Below, one piece after another: positions 50,633 to 60,508 of a stretch of 64,000 nt of DNA. This stretch comes from an uncultured delta proteobacterium (lineage in GTDB: Bacteria > Myxococcota > Myxococcia > SLRQ01). A model generated the notes under the pieces. That model was given only the letters and a program-made list of their open reading frames with translations. It was not told where the DNA came from and searched no databases. The position numbers and the translations under genes were made by a program. Numbering within the stretch: position 1 is the first letter of the stretch; every line of letters begins with the position of its first letter. The stretch is from NCBI GenBank assembly GCA_963727485.1, contig CAVSGM010000002.1:1408001-1472000 (forward strand). Direction: 5' to 3'.

Positions 50633-50648
50633 TGCATACGGTGCACCA
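50633..50648 (-). promoter_or_regulatory. Candidate sigma54 promoter of aldB
   Basis: Minus strand TGGTGCACCGTATGCA (GG-N10-GC) about 45 bp upstream of the ATG. Confidence 0.55.
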
Positions 50649-50790
50649 AGGGGCGTGTTTCCCAGCGAAATGGGCCCCACCGGCTCCGCCGGGTGCAGAT
50701 GGTGCAAGCGAGCCGCCTGCAGGTGTGCATCGGCTGCCCCCGGTCATTCGCCCCAGCGGGGCACCGCCGCCAGCGGAAAGCTGCTCGCGT

Positions 50791-52036
50791 TCAGCGCGCG
50801 GCCGGGACCCCGGGCGCGCGCATCTGCGGCGACTCGCGGACGAAGGCGAGGAGCACGGCGCAGATCCCCATGAGCACCGCCGCCCCGGCGATGGCCGGGA
50901 GGAACGAGTGGAACACCGTGTTCACCCAGCCCATGGCGTACACGAAGACCACCGCCACCTGCCCCGCCAGCGCATAGAGCCCGTTCGACGTGCCCTCGGG
51001 GACCGGGTGGGTGATCTCGGCGCCGTACTGGTAGGCCACCGGCGCCAGCCCGGTGAGGAAGAAGCCCACGAGCGCGAAGCAGGTCAGAAGCGTGGAGAAC
51101 CGCCCGGCCCACAGGAGGCCCGCGAGCGGCACCACCGAATCCCCGCCGAGACGAAGAGCACCGCCTTGCGCCGGCGCAGCTTGTCGGAGACGAGCGGGAG
51201 CACGATGGCGCCGACGATGCCGCCGATCATCATCGCCGCGGCCAGGGTCCCCGCCTCGCCCTGGGAGATCCCCCGGGGCCGGACGATGGCCTCGACCCAG
51301 ATCGACAGGCCGTTGAAGATCCCCCGCCGACGAACAGCGCGATGGTCAGCAGCCAGAAGTCCCGGCTCTTGAGGATGAGCTTGAGGCCGTCGAACATCAG
51401 CGCCCGCTCGTCCTCACCGGCGGCGCCGGGGGGCGTGGGCGGGGCCTCGCGGAAGAGCACCAGGAAGACCACCGCCGAGCCCAGCGCCAGCGCGCCGGCG
51501 CCGAGCTGCATCCCGTGGAAGCCGAGGGCCTTGACCGCCACCGGGCTGAACGCCGCGCCGAGGACAATCCCGAGGAACGCCGCCACCGCGCACAGGCCCA
51601 CCGCCGTCGCCCGCTCCTTCAACGGGAACCACCGCGCCGCCAGCTTGGCGAAGGCCCCGAGGAAGAACGGCTGCGAGGCGGCGATGCCGATGGTGAAGAG
51701 CATCGTCGCCAGGTAGCTCACCGCGAACAGGCCCCGGAGGATCCCGAAGACCCCGAGGAGCACCGCCCCGAGCCCGATGCCCACGCGCAGGCCCCAGGTG
51801 TCGAGGATCCACGCCGCCGGGAGCGCCAGCGGCAGGTAGACCACCATGAACACCATCCCCAGCCAGCCGATGGCGTTGTCGGAGACCCCGAAGTGGACGG
51901 TGGCGGTGTGCATCACCGGCGAGTAGCAGATCCACAGGATCTGGCAGGCGACGTTCACCCCCATGAACACCCCAAGGACCACCCAGCGGTAGCCATAGAC
52001 CTTCACCGCCTCGTCCCGCGTCGCCTCGTCGCTCAT
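50791..52036 (-). CDS. MFS transporter, FLVCR/SLC49-like (apparent frameshifts ~51325, ~51145)
   Basis: VYGYRWVVL, W.LDTWGLR, KLAARWFP..ERATA, YGAEITHPVPEGTSNG. Confidence 0.85.
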
Positions 52037-52085
52037 CGCCCCTGGCCTCCGTGTGCGCCGGCGACGGGGATGGTATCACCGGCCC

Positions 52086-52958
52086 GTGCGCTACGACCCG
52101 CCCGTGTTCCGCCCGCCGTCCGAGGCCGACGCCCTGATCCTCCAGGCGACCCTGGGGTGCTCCTGGAACCGCTGCACCTACTGCAACATGTACCGGACCA
52201 AGCGCTTCCAGGTCCGGCCGGTGGACGACGTCCTCGCCGACCTGAACGAGGCCGCGGACGCGGTGGGCGAGCAGGTGGAGAAGCTCTTCGTCGCCGACGG
52301 CGACGCGCTCACCCTGCCCATGGACCACTGGCGACCCCTGCTCGCCGCCGCCCGGGACCGGTTCCCGAGGCTCCGGCGCGTGTCCTGCTACGCCATGGCG
52401 CGCAACGTCCTGGAGAAGTCCGCCGATGACCTCGCCGAGCTGCGCCAAGGGGGCCTGACCACCCTCTACCTCGGCCCCGAGTCCGGGGACGCCGTGACCC
52501 TCAAGCGCATCGCCAAGGGCGACGGCTTCGAGGCCCACGTGGAGGCCGCGAAGAAGGCCCACGCCGCGGGGATGACCCTCTCGGTGATCCTGCTCCTCGG
52601 CGCCGGGGGCACCGCCCGCTCCGCCGAGCACGCCGCCGAGAGCGCCCGCCTGGTGACCGAGATGGACCCGGAGTTCCTCGCGGCCCTCACCCTCACCGTG
52701 GTCGAGGGGACGCCCCAGGCCAGGCTCCAGGCCACCGGGCGCTTCGAGCTTCCGCCTATCGAGGCGCTCCTCGGCGAGCTGCGGACCCTCGTGGCCGAGG
52801 CCCGGCCCACCCGGGCCCTGTTCCGCACCGACCACGCGTCGAACTACCTGCCCCTCGGCGGCCGGCTCCCCGAGGACCGGGAGCGGATCCTCTCGGTCCT
52901 CGACGCGGCGCTCGCCGGAGAAATCCCGCTTCGCCCCGAGTGGGCGCGCGGGCTCTAG
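52086..52958 (+). CDS. Radical SAM protein
   Basis: RPPSEA..LILQATLGCSWNRCTYCNMY, F.ADGDAL, GPESG, FRTDHASNYLPL.G.LPED. Confidence 0.92.
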   Translation: MRYDPPVFRPPSEADALILQATLGCSWNRCTYCNMYRTKRFQVRPVDDVLADLNEAADAVGEQVEKLFVADGDALTLPMDHWRPLLAAARDRFPRLRRVSCYAMARNVLEKSADDLAELRQGGLTTLYLGPESGDAVTLKRIAKGDGFEAHVEAAKKAHAAGMTLSVILLLGAGGTARSAEHAAESARLVTEMDPEFLAALTLTVVEGTPQARLQATGRFELPPIEALLGELRTLVAEARPTRALFRTDHASNYLPLGGRLPEDRERILSVLDAALAGEIPLRPEWARGL

Positions 52959-52990
52959 GCTTCGGGCGACCGCCCACCCCGCCTCACGAG

Positions 52991-53500
52991 TCAGGAACCG
53001 GACACCGCCATCGGCCTCGACCCCGCCGGCCTCCGCCACCAGTGCACGGCCACCGACGTCGCCAGCCTTCCGGGGGTCAGCGGGCGTCGCGGGCCCGGGT
53101 GCCGCGGGCTCGAGGCGCCGGACTGCCGCGCCTGCCACGCGGTACAGGGGCAGCCGCTGATGCTCCCGAAGAGCACGGTGCCCCTCGACCACCCCCCCGG
53201 CGACCAGGATGGGCCGGCGCGGCTGAAGAGGGCGCCGTCCAGGCGAGGTACACCGCCCGCGGCCCCGACGGCATGAACCGGACGGCGAGGTAGCCGAACG
53301 CCACCGGGCCTGCGAGGCCGCCCACCAGGACCTGGGTGGTCCCGGGCGGGCACGCCGGCGAGTAGCCGCCGCCGCAGGACCCGCCGGTCTTCACCATGCC
53401 GCGGGAGACCAGCGGGAATCAGCGTGATCCCGGCGGCGACGCCGGTGAGCCCGACGAAGGTTCCCCCGAGCCTGGTCGCCGGCGGCGCGTCGCCTCGATC
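52991..53500 (-). pseudogene. Fragmented small membrane protein (multiple frame breaks)
   Basis: Hydrophobic pieces TFVGLTGVAAGITLI, MVKTGGSCGGGYSPACPPG, VLVGGLAGPVAFGYLAV in alternating frames; no clean start or stop. Confidence 0.3.
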
Positions 53501-53539
53501 GCCCGCCTGTGCTCCTCGCGTCCTTCCGGACACCAACTC

Positions 53540-54493
53540 TTACCCCAGCGCCAGCATCCGCTCCACGGGCACCAGGGCCTTCCGGGCGATCTCCGGCGCC
53601 ACGTCCACCTGGGGCTTGAGGTCCCGCAGGGCGTCCCGGATCTTCTCCAGGGTGTTCAGGCGCATGTAGGGGCACTCGTTGCAGGCGCAGGTCTCGTCGT
53701 CCGGGGGCGCGGCGATGTAGGTCTTCCCCGGCGCCTGCTTCTCCATCTGGTGGAGCACCCCGGGCTCGGTGGCGACGATGAACTCGGTGCCGGCGCTCTC
53801 CACCGCGTGCTTGATGATCTTGGTGGTGGAGCCGATGACGTCGGCGTGGCGGAGGATCGCCTCCTGGCACTCGGGGTGGGCCAGGACCTCGGCGTTGGGG
53901 TGCTCCTCCATGAGCGCGAGGATGCGCTTCTCGCTGAACACGTCGTGGACCACGCACACCCCCTGCCACAGGGTCATGTCGCGGCCGGTCTCGCGGATGA
54001 GCCACCTTCCCATGTTGGCGTCGGGGGCGAAGAGGATCGGCTTCTCCTTCGGGATCTGCTCGATGATGCGCAGGGCGTTGGACGAGGTGCAGATCCAGTC
54101 GGAGAGCGCCTTCACCTCGGCGGTGGTGTTGATGTAGCTGACCACCACGTGGTCGGGGTGCTCCTCGCGGAAGCGCCGGAAGGCGTCGGTGGGCGCCGAG
54201 TCGGCGAGCGAGCAGCCGGCGGCCAGATCGGGGACGATGACCGTCTTGTCCGGGTTCAGGATCTTCGCGGTCTCGGCCATGAAGTGGACGCCGGCGAAGA
54301 GGATGACGTCGGCGTCGGTCTTCTGGGCGGCCTGGGACAGGGCGAGCGAGTCGCCGATGACGTCGGCGAGGTCCTGGATGTCCGGGTCCTGGTAGAAGTG
54401 CGCCAGGATCACCGCGTTGCGCGCGCGCTTGAGCTCGTCGATCTCGTCGAAGAGGTCGCCGGACGGGGGATGCGGGTTCGTGAGCTCGGCCAT
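53540..54493 (-). CDS. nadA: Quinolinate synthase A
   Basis: NAVILAHFYQ, GDSLALS, GVHFMAETAKILNP, GCSLAD, YINT, CTSSNA, CVVH, AHPEC, GST, CNECPYMRLNT. Confidence 0.98.
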   Translation of the reverse strand: MAELTNPHPPSGDLFDEIDELKRARNAVILAHFYQDPDIQDLADVIGDSLALSQAAQKTDADVILFAGVHFMAETAKILNPDKTVIVPDLAAGCSLADSAPTDAFRRFREEHPDHVVVSYINTTAEVKALSDWICTSSNALRIIEQIPKEKPILFAPDANMGRWLIRETGRDMTLWQGVCVVHDVFSEKRILALMEEHPNAEVLAHPECQEAILRHADVIGSTTKIIKHAVESAGTEFIVATEPGVLHQMEKQAPGKTYIAAPPDDETCACNECPYMRLNTLEKIRDALRDLKPQVDVAPEIARKALVPVERMLALG

Positions 54494-54588
54494 GGTGCCT
54501 CCGGGCAGATGAGGTAACGCATCCGTCGCGTTTCTGCCACTCGGCCGGGCGGGCGATCCCTACCCGGCGCGACGCGGCCGGCGGTGCC

Positions 54589-55188
54589 TCAGAGACCGGC
54601 GTCCTTGAGCCACCGGCCGGTGACCCGCTGGATCGCCCGCTCCCGGCGCACCAGGGGCACCATCCCCGAGCAGGGTCCGGGCAGGGCGGCCTCGGGGCAG
54701 GTGGCGCAGGGCGAGCGGTCGGGGGGCCGGCGCCGGTAGGCGAGGACCACGGCGGCGATCACCGCGGCGCCCGCGAGGGCGAGGGCGAGGCCCGCGGCGA
54801 GGTGCCCGGTGACGCAGAGCCGGATCCCCGCGGCGGTGGCGAGCGCCAGGGCGGCGCCGGGGAGCGCCCGGGTGAGGAGCTTGGCAGCGCGCCGACGCCG
54901 GGTCCGCCTCGGCACCAGGAGCGACGCCCCGGCGAGGCCGGCCCCGATCCCCCCGGCGGCCACCGGCACCGTCAGCGGCAGCGCCACCGCGAGCCCCGCT
55001 GCCGCCCCCAGCGCCAGCCCGCTCCCCGCCATCAGGCACCCGAGGCACACCCGGCCCCGGCGGCCCACCCGGACCACCTCCGAGGCGTAGCGCCCGCACA
55101 GGGGGTGGTGGGCGTAGCGGTGGAAGCGGTGCCCCGCCCGGGCGAGGCGATCGATCCGTCGGGCGAGCGGTGGCGGGATCCGGGACAA
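54589..55188 (-). CDS. Hypothetical His/Cys-rich membrane protein
   Basis: TTG start; HRFHRYAHHPLC, CLGC, about 4 TM helices, CATC...CSG. Confidence 0.65.
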   Translation of the reverse strand: MSRIPPPLARRIDRLARAGHRFHRYAHHPLCGRYASEVVRVGRRGRVCLGCLMAGSGLALGAAAGLAVALPLTVPVAAGGIGAGLAGASLLVPRRTRRRRAAKLLTRALPGAALALATAAGIRLCVTGHLAAGLALALAGAAVIAAVVLAYRRRPPDRSPCATCPEAALPGPCSGMVPLVRRERAIQRVTGRWLKDAGL

Positions 55189-55204
55189 CGGGGCCGCCGA
55201 GCCG

Positions 55205-55555
55205 CTAGCCGGCGACCTGGCGCAGCTTCACCGCGGTGCCGTAGGCGACGATCTCGTTGGTGTTCTGCATCAGCTCGCTGGAGTCGAAGCGAAGCGAGAG
55301 CACCGCGTCGGCGCCCATGATCTTCGCGTTGCTCTCCAGCCGCTGCATGGCCTCGTTCCGGGAGACGTTGGCCAGGTGGGTAAACGCGGTGATCTCCCCG
55401 CCCACGAAGGTCTGGCACCCGGCGCAGGTGGTGCCCACCACGCTCCGGGAGCGCACGGTGATGCCCCACACCGGGCCGATGACCGACTCGATCTCGAAGC
55501 CCGGGGGCGGGTCGAAGGTGCACAAGAGGGGCATGGTGTGGTGCTGGATCTCCAT
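55205..55555 (-). CDS. YbjQ/UPF0145 family protein
   Basis: IGPVWGITVRSR, VGGEITAFT, RNEAMQRL, GADAVLSLRFDSS, EIVAYGTAVKL. Confidence 0.9.
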   Translation of the reverse strand: MEIQHHTMPLLCTFDPPPGFEIESVIGPVWGITVRSRSVVGTTCAGCQTFVGGEITAFTHLANVSRNEAMQRLESNAKIMGADAVLSLRFDSSELMQNTNEIVAYGTAVKLRQVAG

Positions 55556-55681
55556 GGTGCCGACCTCTACGCCCCCCAATCGTCCCGGTCAACGGCCCCG
55601 GGGGGCCGCCTCGGGGATCCACCTGACGGCCTTGGTTCCTGGCGCCGACATGGCTACAATCGGACGCAACCGGTGCCGGTC

Positions 55682-57718
55682 ATGTCCCCCCCGACCCTCC
55701 TCATCGCCCTCGGCGTCGCCCTCGTCGCCGGGACGGCGGGCTACCTCCTCGCCGCCCGCGGCCAGCGCCGCCGGGGCCGGCCCGACGCGCCCCGGCGCCT
55801 CTTGCGCAGCCTGGTCCAGCGGCGGGTCCTCAAGGGCAAGCCCGGCTTCGTCCGCCTCTTCCCCGGGGGCTACGTCCACCTGATCCCCGAGGGGAAGGAC
55901 GTCGACCGCGCCATGCGCCCCGGCGAGGCCCTGGCCCAGCGCGAGGCCCACGGCGAGGCCCTGGTGCGCTTCAGCCTCGCCGACCTCCTCGACGCCGACC
56001 ACCCCGCCGCCGACGCCTTCGCCACCGCCGCCGGCCTCCCCGAGGGGAGCCTGCCGCCGGCGAGGGTGCTGTTCACCGCCGTCCCCCACCTGGTCCGCGG
56101 GCAGGTCGCCGCGGCCCTCGGCGCCGAGGGGGTGACCGTCGAGGCCGCCACCGACTTCGCCCCCACCCCCGACGACCCCTTCGGCACCGTCGCCGTGGCC
56201 AGCGGCCCCTACCGCCACGACCTCGCCGTCGCCGACCTGGTGGCCGAGTCGGTGGGCACCCTGACGCCCCTCAACCTCGTCGCCGGCGACCGCGCCCACC
56301 GGGCCCGGGCCGAGCTCGACCTCTACCAGGCCTTCCACCGCACCGTGGAGCAGGCCTTCCCCGAGGCGGCGGTGCGCATCGAGGGCAAGTGGCTCCACCT
56401 CCAGCTCCCCGGCGAGGACGACCGGCGCCTCGACTACCGGCGCCTGGCGACGAGGGTCCCCGGCGGCCGCCCCGGGTGGGAGGCGTGGCTCTCGCGGATC
56501 GAGGCGCCGCTCGAGGTCGAGGAGCCCGGGCTCCCCGAGGGCACCTGGGTGGCCCGCAAGCTCGTCCCCCTCGACGCCCTCGGCGACCCGGAGCGCGTCG
56601 CCGTGGACCGCGGGGGCTACGCCGAGGTCTTCAGCCTCGACACCGAGACCCGCACCGCCTCCCTGCCGCCGGACCACCCCCTGGCGCAGGCCAACGACCT
56701 CGAGGGCCTCGGCCGCCTCGCCGACCAGGCCCTCGAGCGCAGCACCTTCGCCGGCCACGTGGTGGTCACCGGCGAGGGTGACGAGCCCAGGAGCTTCATG
56801 GTGGTGGGCACCCACGCGGCGTCCATCGCCCAGAGCCCCGAGCTCCTCGCCGGCGCCGCCCGGGCCGCCGGCCACGTGTTCCGCCCCGGCGAGCGGGTGC
56901 GGGTGCGGGTGGAGCGCGAGGCGGTGCTGGTGGTCGCCGAGCCCACCGTCCCCGAGACCTTCCTCACCGCCTGCCGCCGCGCCGCCGCCCGCCTCGCCGA
57001 GGCCACCGACGTGGCGCTGGGGGGCCCGGTCCACCTCGACCTCACCGCGCCCCTGGGCGAGAAGGCCGTGGGCCACTTCGCCTTCGTGCCCCTCGACGAC
57101 GCCTTCTTCCGCGCCGCCCTCCAGGAGCGCGCCGCCCGCACCCGGGGCGACCACGCTGCCGCCGCCGAGGCGAGGGGCCTGATGCGCCTCGCCCTCGGCG
57201 ACCCGGAGGGCGCCCGGGTCCACCTCACCGAGGCCGCGCGCCTCCACCCCGACGACGCCGAGCTCCACCTCGCCCTGGGGACCCTGCTCAACGACCTCGG
57301 GGACCACGGCGCCGCCACCGAGGTCCTCCGGGTCGCCGCCCGCCTCGACCCGGACAGCGCCGCGGTGAACAACAACCTCGGCGTCGCCTGGCAGGGGCTG
57401 GGGCGCGTCGACGAGGCGCTGCTGTGCTTCGAGAAGGCGGCGGCGGAGAAGCCCCGGGACGCGTTGGTGCAGGTGAACCTCGGGCGGGTCCACTTCGACG
57501 CCGGAAGGGTGCGCCGGGCGGAGCGCTACTTCCGCCGGGCCCTCGATCGCGCCCCCCGGTCGGTGCCGGCGCTCACCGGCCTGGTGCTGGTGGCGGTGCG
57601 CGACGGCGACCTCGAGACCGCCCGCCAGCGCCTCGCCGAGGCCATGGGCGTCGATCCCACCGACGAGGCGCTCCTGCGGCTCCACCGGGCGCTGCACCCG
57701 GACGAGCCGCTGCACTAG
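55682..57718 (+). CDS. Membrane-anchored TPR protein
   Basis: N-terminal TM helix; C-terminal repeats such as AVNNNLGVAWQGLGRVDEALLCFEKA and LVQVNLGRVHFDAG. Confidence 0.85.
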   Translation: MSPPTLLIALGVALVAGTAGYLLAARGQRRRGRPDAPRRLLRSLVQRRVLKGKPGFVRLFPGGYVHLIPEGKDVDRAMRPGEALAQREAHGEALVRFSLADLLDADHPAADAFATAAGLPEGSLPPARVLFTAVPHLVRGQVAAALGAEGVTVEAATDFAPTPDDPFGTVAVASGPYRHDLAVADLVAESVGTLTPLNLVAGDRAHRARAELDLYQAFHRTVEQAFPEAAVRIEGKWLHLQLPGEDDRRLDYRRLATRVPGGRPGWEAWLSRIEAPLEVEEPGLPEGTWVARKLVPLDALGDPERVAVDRGGYAEVFSLDTETRTASLPPDHPLAQANDLEGLGRLADQALERSTFAGHVVVTGEGDEPRSFMVVGTHAASIAQSPELLAGAARAAGHVFRPGERVRVRVEREAVLVVAEPTVPETFLTACRRAAARLAEATDVALGGPVHLDLTAPLGEKAVGHFAFVPLDDAFFRAALQERAARTRGDHAAAAEARGLMRLALGDPEGARVHLTEAARLHPDDAELHLALGTLLNDLGDHGAATEVLRVAARLDPDSAAVNNNLGVAWQGLGRVDEALLCFEKAAAEKPRDALVQVNLGRVHFDAGRVRRAERYFRRALDRAPRSVPALTGLVLVAVRDGDLETARQRLAEAMGVDPTDEALLRLHRALHPDEPLH

Positions 57719-57721
57719 CGA

Positions 57722-58495
57722 CTAGCGCGGGTCGACGGCGTCGGGATTGGAGAGGACCCAGGGGCCCTTCTCGGTGATCGCCACCGAGTGCTCGAAGTGG
57801 GCCGAGAGCTTCCCGTCGGCGGTGACCACCGTCCACCCGTCCTCGAGGACCTTCGTCTCGTGGGTGCCGGCGTTGATCATCGGCTCGATGGCGATGACCA
57901 GCCCGGGCTTGAGGCGAAGCGCCTGCTCCCGGTCGGCGCTGCGGTAGTTGGGGACCTGGGGCCGCTCGTGCATCGCCCGGCCGATGCCGTGGCCCACGTA
58001 GTCGCGGACGATGCCGTAGCCCGCCGGCGCCGCCACGTCCTCCACCGCCCCGGAGACGTCGCGCAGGCGGCCTCCGGCGACGCAGGCGGCGAGCCCGGCC
58101 TCCAGGGACCGCTTGGTGACCGCCATCAGCTCCAGGGCCGCGTCGCTCACCTTGCCGATGGCCAGGGTGCGCGCCGAGTCGCCCACGTAGCCGTCGACCA
58201 CCGCGCCGAAGTCGCAGGAGACGATGTCGCCCTCCTGGAGGACCTCGTCGGCGCGGGGGATCCCGTGGACCACCCGGTCGTTGACCGAGGTGCACAGGAC
58301 CTTGGGGTAGCCGTGGTAGCCGAGGAAGGCGCTGCCGGCGCCCCGCTGGTCGAGGATGTCCGCGGCGACCTGGTCGAGGTCGGCGGTGGTCATCCCCGGG
58401 GCGGCGACCTCGGCGAGGCGGAGGAGCACCTCGGCGACCACCGCGTTCGCCCGGCGCATGATGTTGATCTCGTCGTTGGACTTCAGCTGGATCAT
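57722..58495 (-). CDS. map: Type I methionine aminopeptidase
   Basis: CTSVNDRVVHGIP, GDIVSCD, GDSART, GHGIG..MHE.P.VPN, AIEPM, SAHFEH. Confidence 0.97.
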   Translation of the reverse strand: MIQLKSNDEINIMRRANAVVAEVLLRLAEVAAPGMTTADLDQVAADILDQRGAGSAFLGYHGYPKVLCTSVNDRVVHGIPRADEVLQEGDIVSCDFGAVVDGYVGDSARTLAIGKVSDAALELMAVTKRSLEAGLAACVAGGRLRDVSGAVEDVAAPAGYGIVRDYVGHGIGRAMHERPQVPNYRSADREQALRLKPGLVIAIEPMINAGTHETKVLEDGWTVVTADGKLSAHFEHSVAITEKGPWVLSNPDAVDPR

Positions 58496-58581
58496 CGTCG
58501 GTACCACTTAGCCCCGGTGGCCGCGTATTGCCAGGGCCGTGACACCGGCGCGGCGATGGCTAGCTTGCCCGTGGGGAGGTC

Positions 58582-60153
58582 ATGCGCACCACGCCCACCC
58601 TCGAGGGACGCGCCGTGGACCGGGTGGTGGAGACCCACGTCTCCTGGCTCTTCTTCACCCGCGACACGGTGATCAAGCTGAAGAAGCCGGTGAAGCTCGG
58701 CTTCCTCGACTTCACCGAGCCCGCCGTCCGGCGCCGGGCCTGCGAGGACGAGGTGCGCCTCAACCGCCGCCTCGCCCCGGGCGTCTACCGGGGGGTCCGC
58801 GACGTGGTCCGGGACGGGGACACGGTGCGCCTGCTGGGCCCCTGCCCCGGGGCGGAGGCGTGCACCGCCACCGACCACGCGGTGGAGATGGTGCGGCTGC
58901 CCGACGCCGACTGCCTGGCCACCCGCCTCGCCCGCGGGGACTTCCCCCCGGCGCTCCTCCGCCGCCTCGCCCGGCGCCTCGCCCGCTTCCACGCCGAGTG
59001 CCCCACCGGCGCCGGGATCGATCGCCACGGCGCGCCCCGGGCGGTGGCGTCGCTCGTCACCGAGAACCTCGACCAGCTCGCGCCCTTCGTGGACACCCGC
59101 CTGCCCCGGACCCTCTTCGAGGCGGCCCGCTCGGCCCAGACCGGCTTCCTCGCCGAGCACGCCGACCGCCTGGTGGCGAGGGTCCGGGGCGGGCACATCC
59201 GCGACGGCCACGGGGACATGCACCTGGAGCACTTCTTCCTCCACGGGGACCCCGAGCAGATCGTCGCCATCGACTGCATCGAGTTCTCCGACCGCTACCG
59301 CATCGGCGACACGGCGAGCGACGTGGCCTTCCTCGCCATGAGCTTCGACCTCGCCGGCCGCGACGACCTCGCCGAGCAGCTCGTCGCCGAGTACGCGGTG
59401 GAGGCGCAGGACCCGGACCTCTACCGGGTGGTGGACTTCTACCGCCTCTACCGGGCCCTGGTGCGCCTCAAGGTGGCCTGCCTCTCCGGCGACCCCGGCG
59501 AGGTCGACCGCCACGTGGCCCTGGTGCGCCGGCTGCTGGCGCCGCGGCCGCGGCCGCCGTTCCTCCTGGCCACCACCGGCCTGGTGGCCACCGGCAAGAG
59601 CGCCGTCGCCGAGGCGATCGCCGGGGTCACCAACGGGGTGTGGCTCGGGAGCGACCGGGTGCGCAAGGCGCGCCTGGGCCTCGCCCCCACCGAGAGCGCC
59701 GTGACCCGCATGGGCCAGGGCGCCTACACCGCCGAGCTCAAGGACGCGGTCTACGACGACCTGGTGCGCTTCGCCGCCGCGGTCCTCGACTCGGGGCGCC
59801 CGGCGATCCTCGACGCCACCTACCCCACGCCGGCGCGGCGGGCGAAGGTCAGCCACCTCGCACGGGACCACGGGGTGCCCCTGGTGTGGCTCCACCTGGA
59901 GGCGCCGCGGGCGGTGATCCGGGCGCGGCTCGAGGCCCGGGAGGGGCGCACCGACCTGGTGAGCGACGCGCGGGTCGAGCACTTCGACGCCCTGGTCGAG
60001 GGCTACCTGCCCCCGGACGAGGTGCCCCGGGGGACCCGGCTCACCCTCTCCACCGAGACGGCGGGCCTGGAGGCGACGGTGGAGGCGGTGCTGGCGCGGC
60101 TGCCGTCGGCTAGTCCGCGTCCTTCCCGGTCGCCTTCGCCTCGGCCTCGGTGA
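58582..60153 (+). CDS. Aminoglycoside-phosphotransferase-like / AAA_33 kinase fusion protein
   Basis: ETHVSW, KLKKPVKLGFLDF, EVRLNRRLAP, RDGHGDMH, IDCIEF; P-loop GLVATGKS, SDRVRK, LDATY. Confidence 0.9.
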   Translation: MRTTPTLEGRAVDRVVETHVSWLFFTRDTVIKLKKPVKLGFLDFTEPAVRRRACEDEVRLNRRLAPGVYRGVRDVVRDGDTVRLLGPCPGAEACTATDHAVEMVRLPDADCLATRLARGDFPPALLRRLARRLARFHAECPTGAGIDRHGAPRAVASLVTENLDQLAPFVDTRLPRTLFEAARSAQTGFLAEHADRLVARVRGGHIRDGHGDMHLEHFFLHGDPEQIVAIDCIEFSDRYRIGDTASDVAFLAMSFDLAGRDDLAEQLVAEYAVEAQDPDLYRVVDFYRLYRALVRLKVACLSGDPGEVDRHVALVRRLLAPRPRPPFLLATTGLVATGKSAVAEAIAGVTNGVWLGSDRVRKARLGLAPTESAVTRMGQGAYTAELKDAVYDDLVRFAAAVLDSGRPAILDATYPTPARRAKVSHLARDHGVPLVWLHLEAPRAVIRARLEAREGRTDLVSDARVEHFDALVEGYLPPDEVPRGTRLTLSTETAGLEATVEAVLARLPSASPRPSRSPSPRPR

Positions 60154-60427
60154 TCGTCCCCTCGCTCCACAGGTAGGTCTTCAGCTCGTGGTCGAGGCGG
60201 GGGAGCCGGCGGCGCAGCCACTCGAGGAGCATCGAGGCGTGCTCGATCTCCTCGTCTCGGTTGTGCTCGAGGACGGCACGGAGCTCGGGGTCTTCGGTGA
60301 CCGCGGCGCGCTGGTTGTACCAGTCGACCGCCTCGAACTCCTCCATCAGGGAGCGGATGCCCCGGTGGAGGGCGCGGGTGGACTCGGACAGCTTCTCGAA
60401 GGGCTCGTGGTAGGTATCGGATGCCAT
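60110..60427 (-). CDS. Encapsulin-associated ferritin-like protein (EncFtn/Flp)
   Basis: YHEP..KLS, SLMEEFEAVDWYNQR, HNRDEEIEHASMLLEWLRR, ELKTYL..EG.I. Confidence 0.92.
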   Translation of the reverse strand: MASDTYHEPFEKLSESTRALHRGIRSLMEEFEAVDWYNQRAAVTEDPELRAVLEHNRDEEIEHASMLLEWLRRRLPRLDHELKTYLWSEGTITEAEAKATGKDAD

Positions 60428-60508
60428 GGGGTCGGCAATCTAGGTGGCGGGGGCGCCGGCGGCAACCGGCCCCGGCGGCGGGCAGTGGGGCACGGGACCT
60501 TCCCCAGG

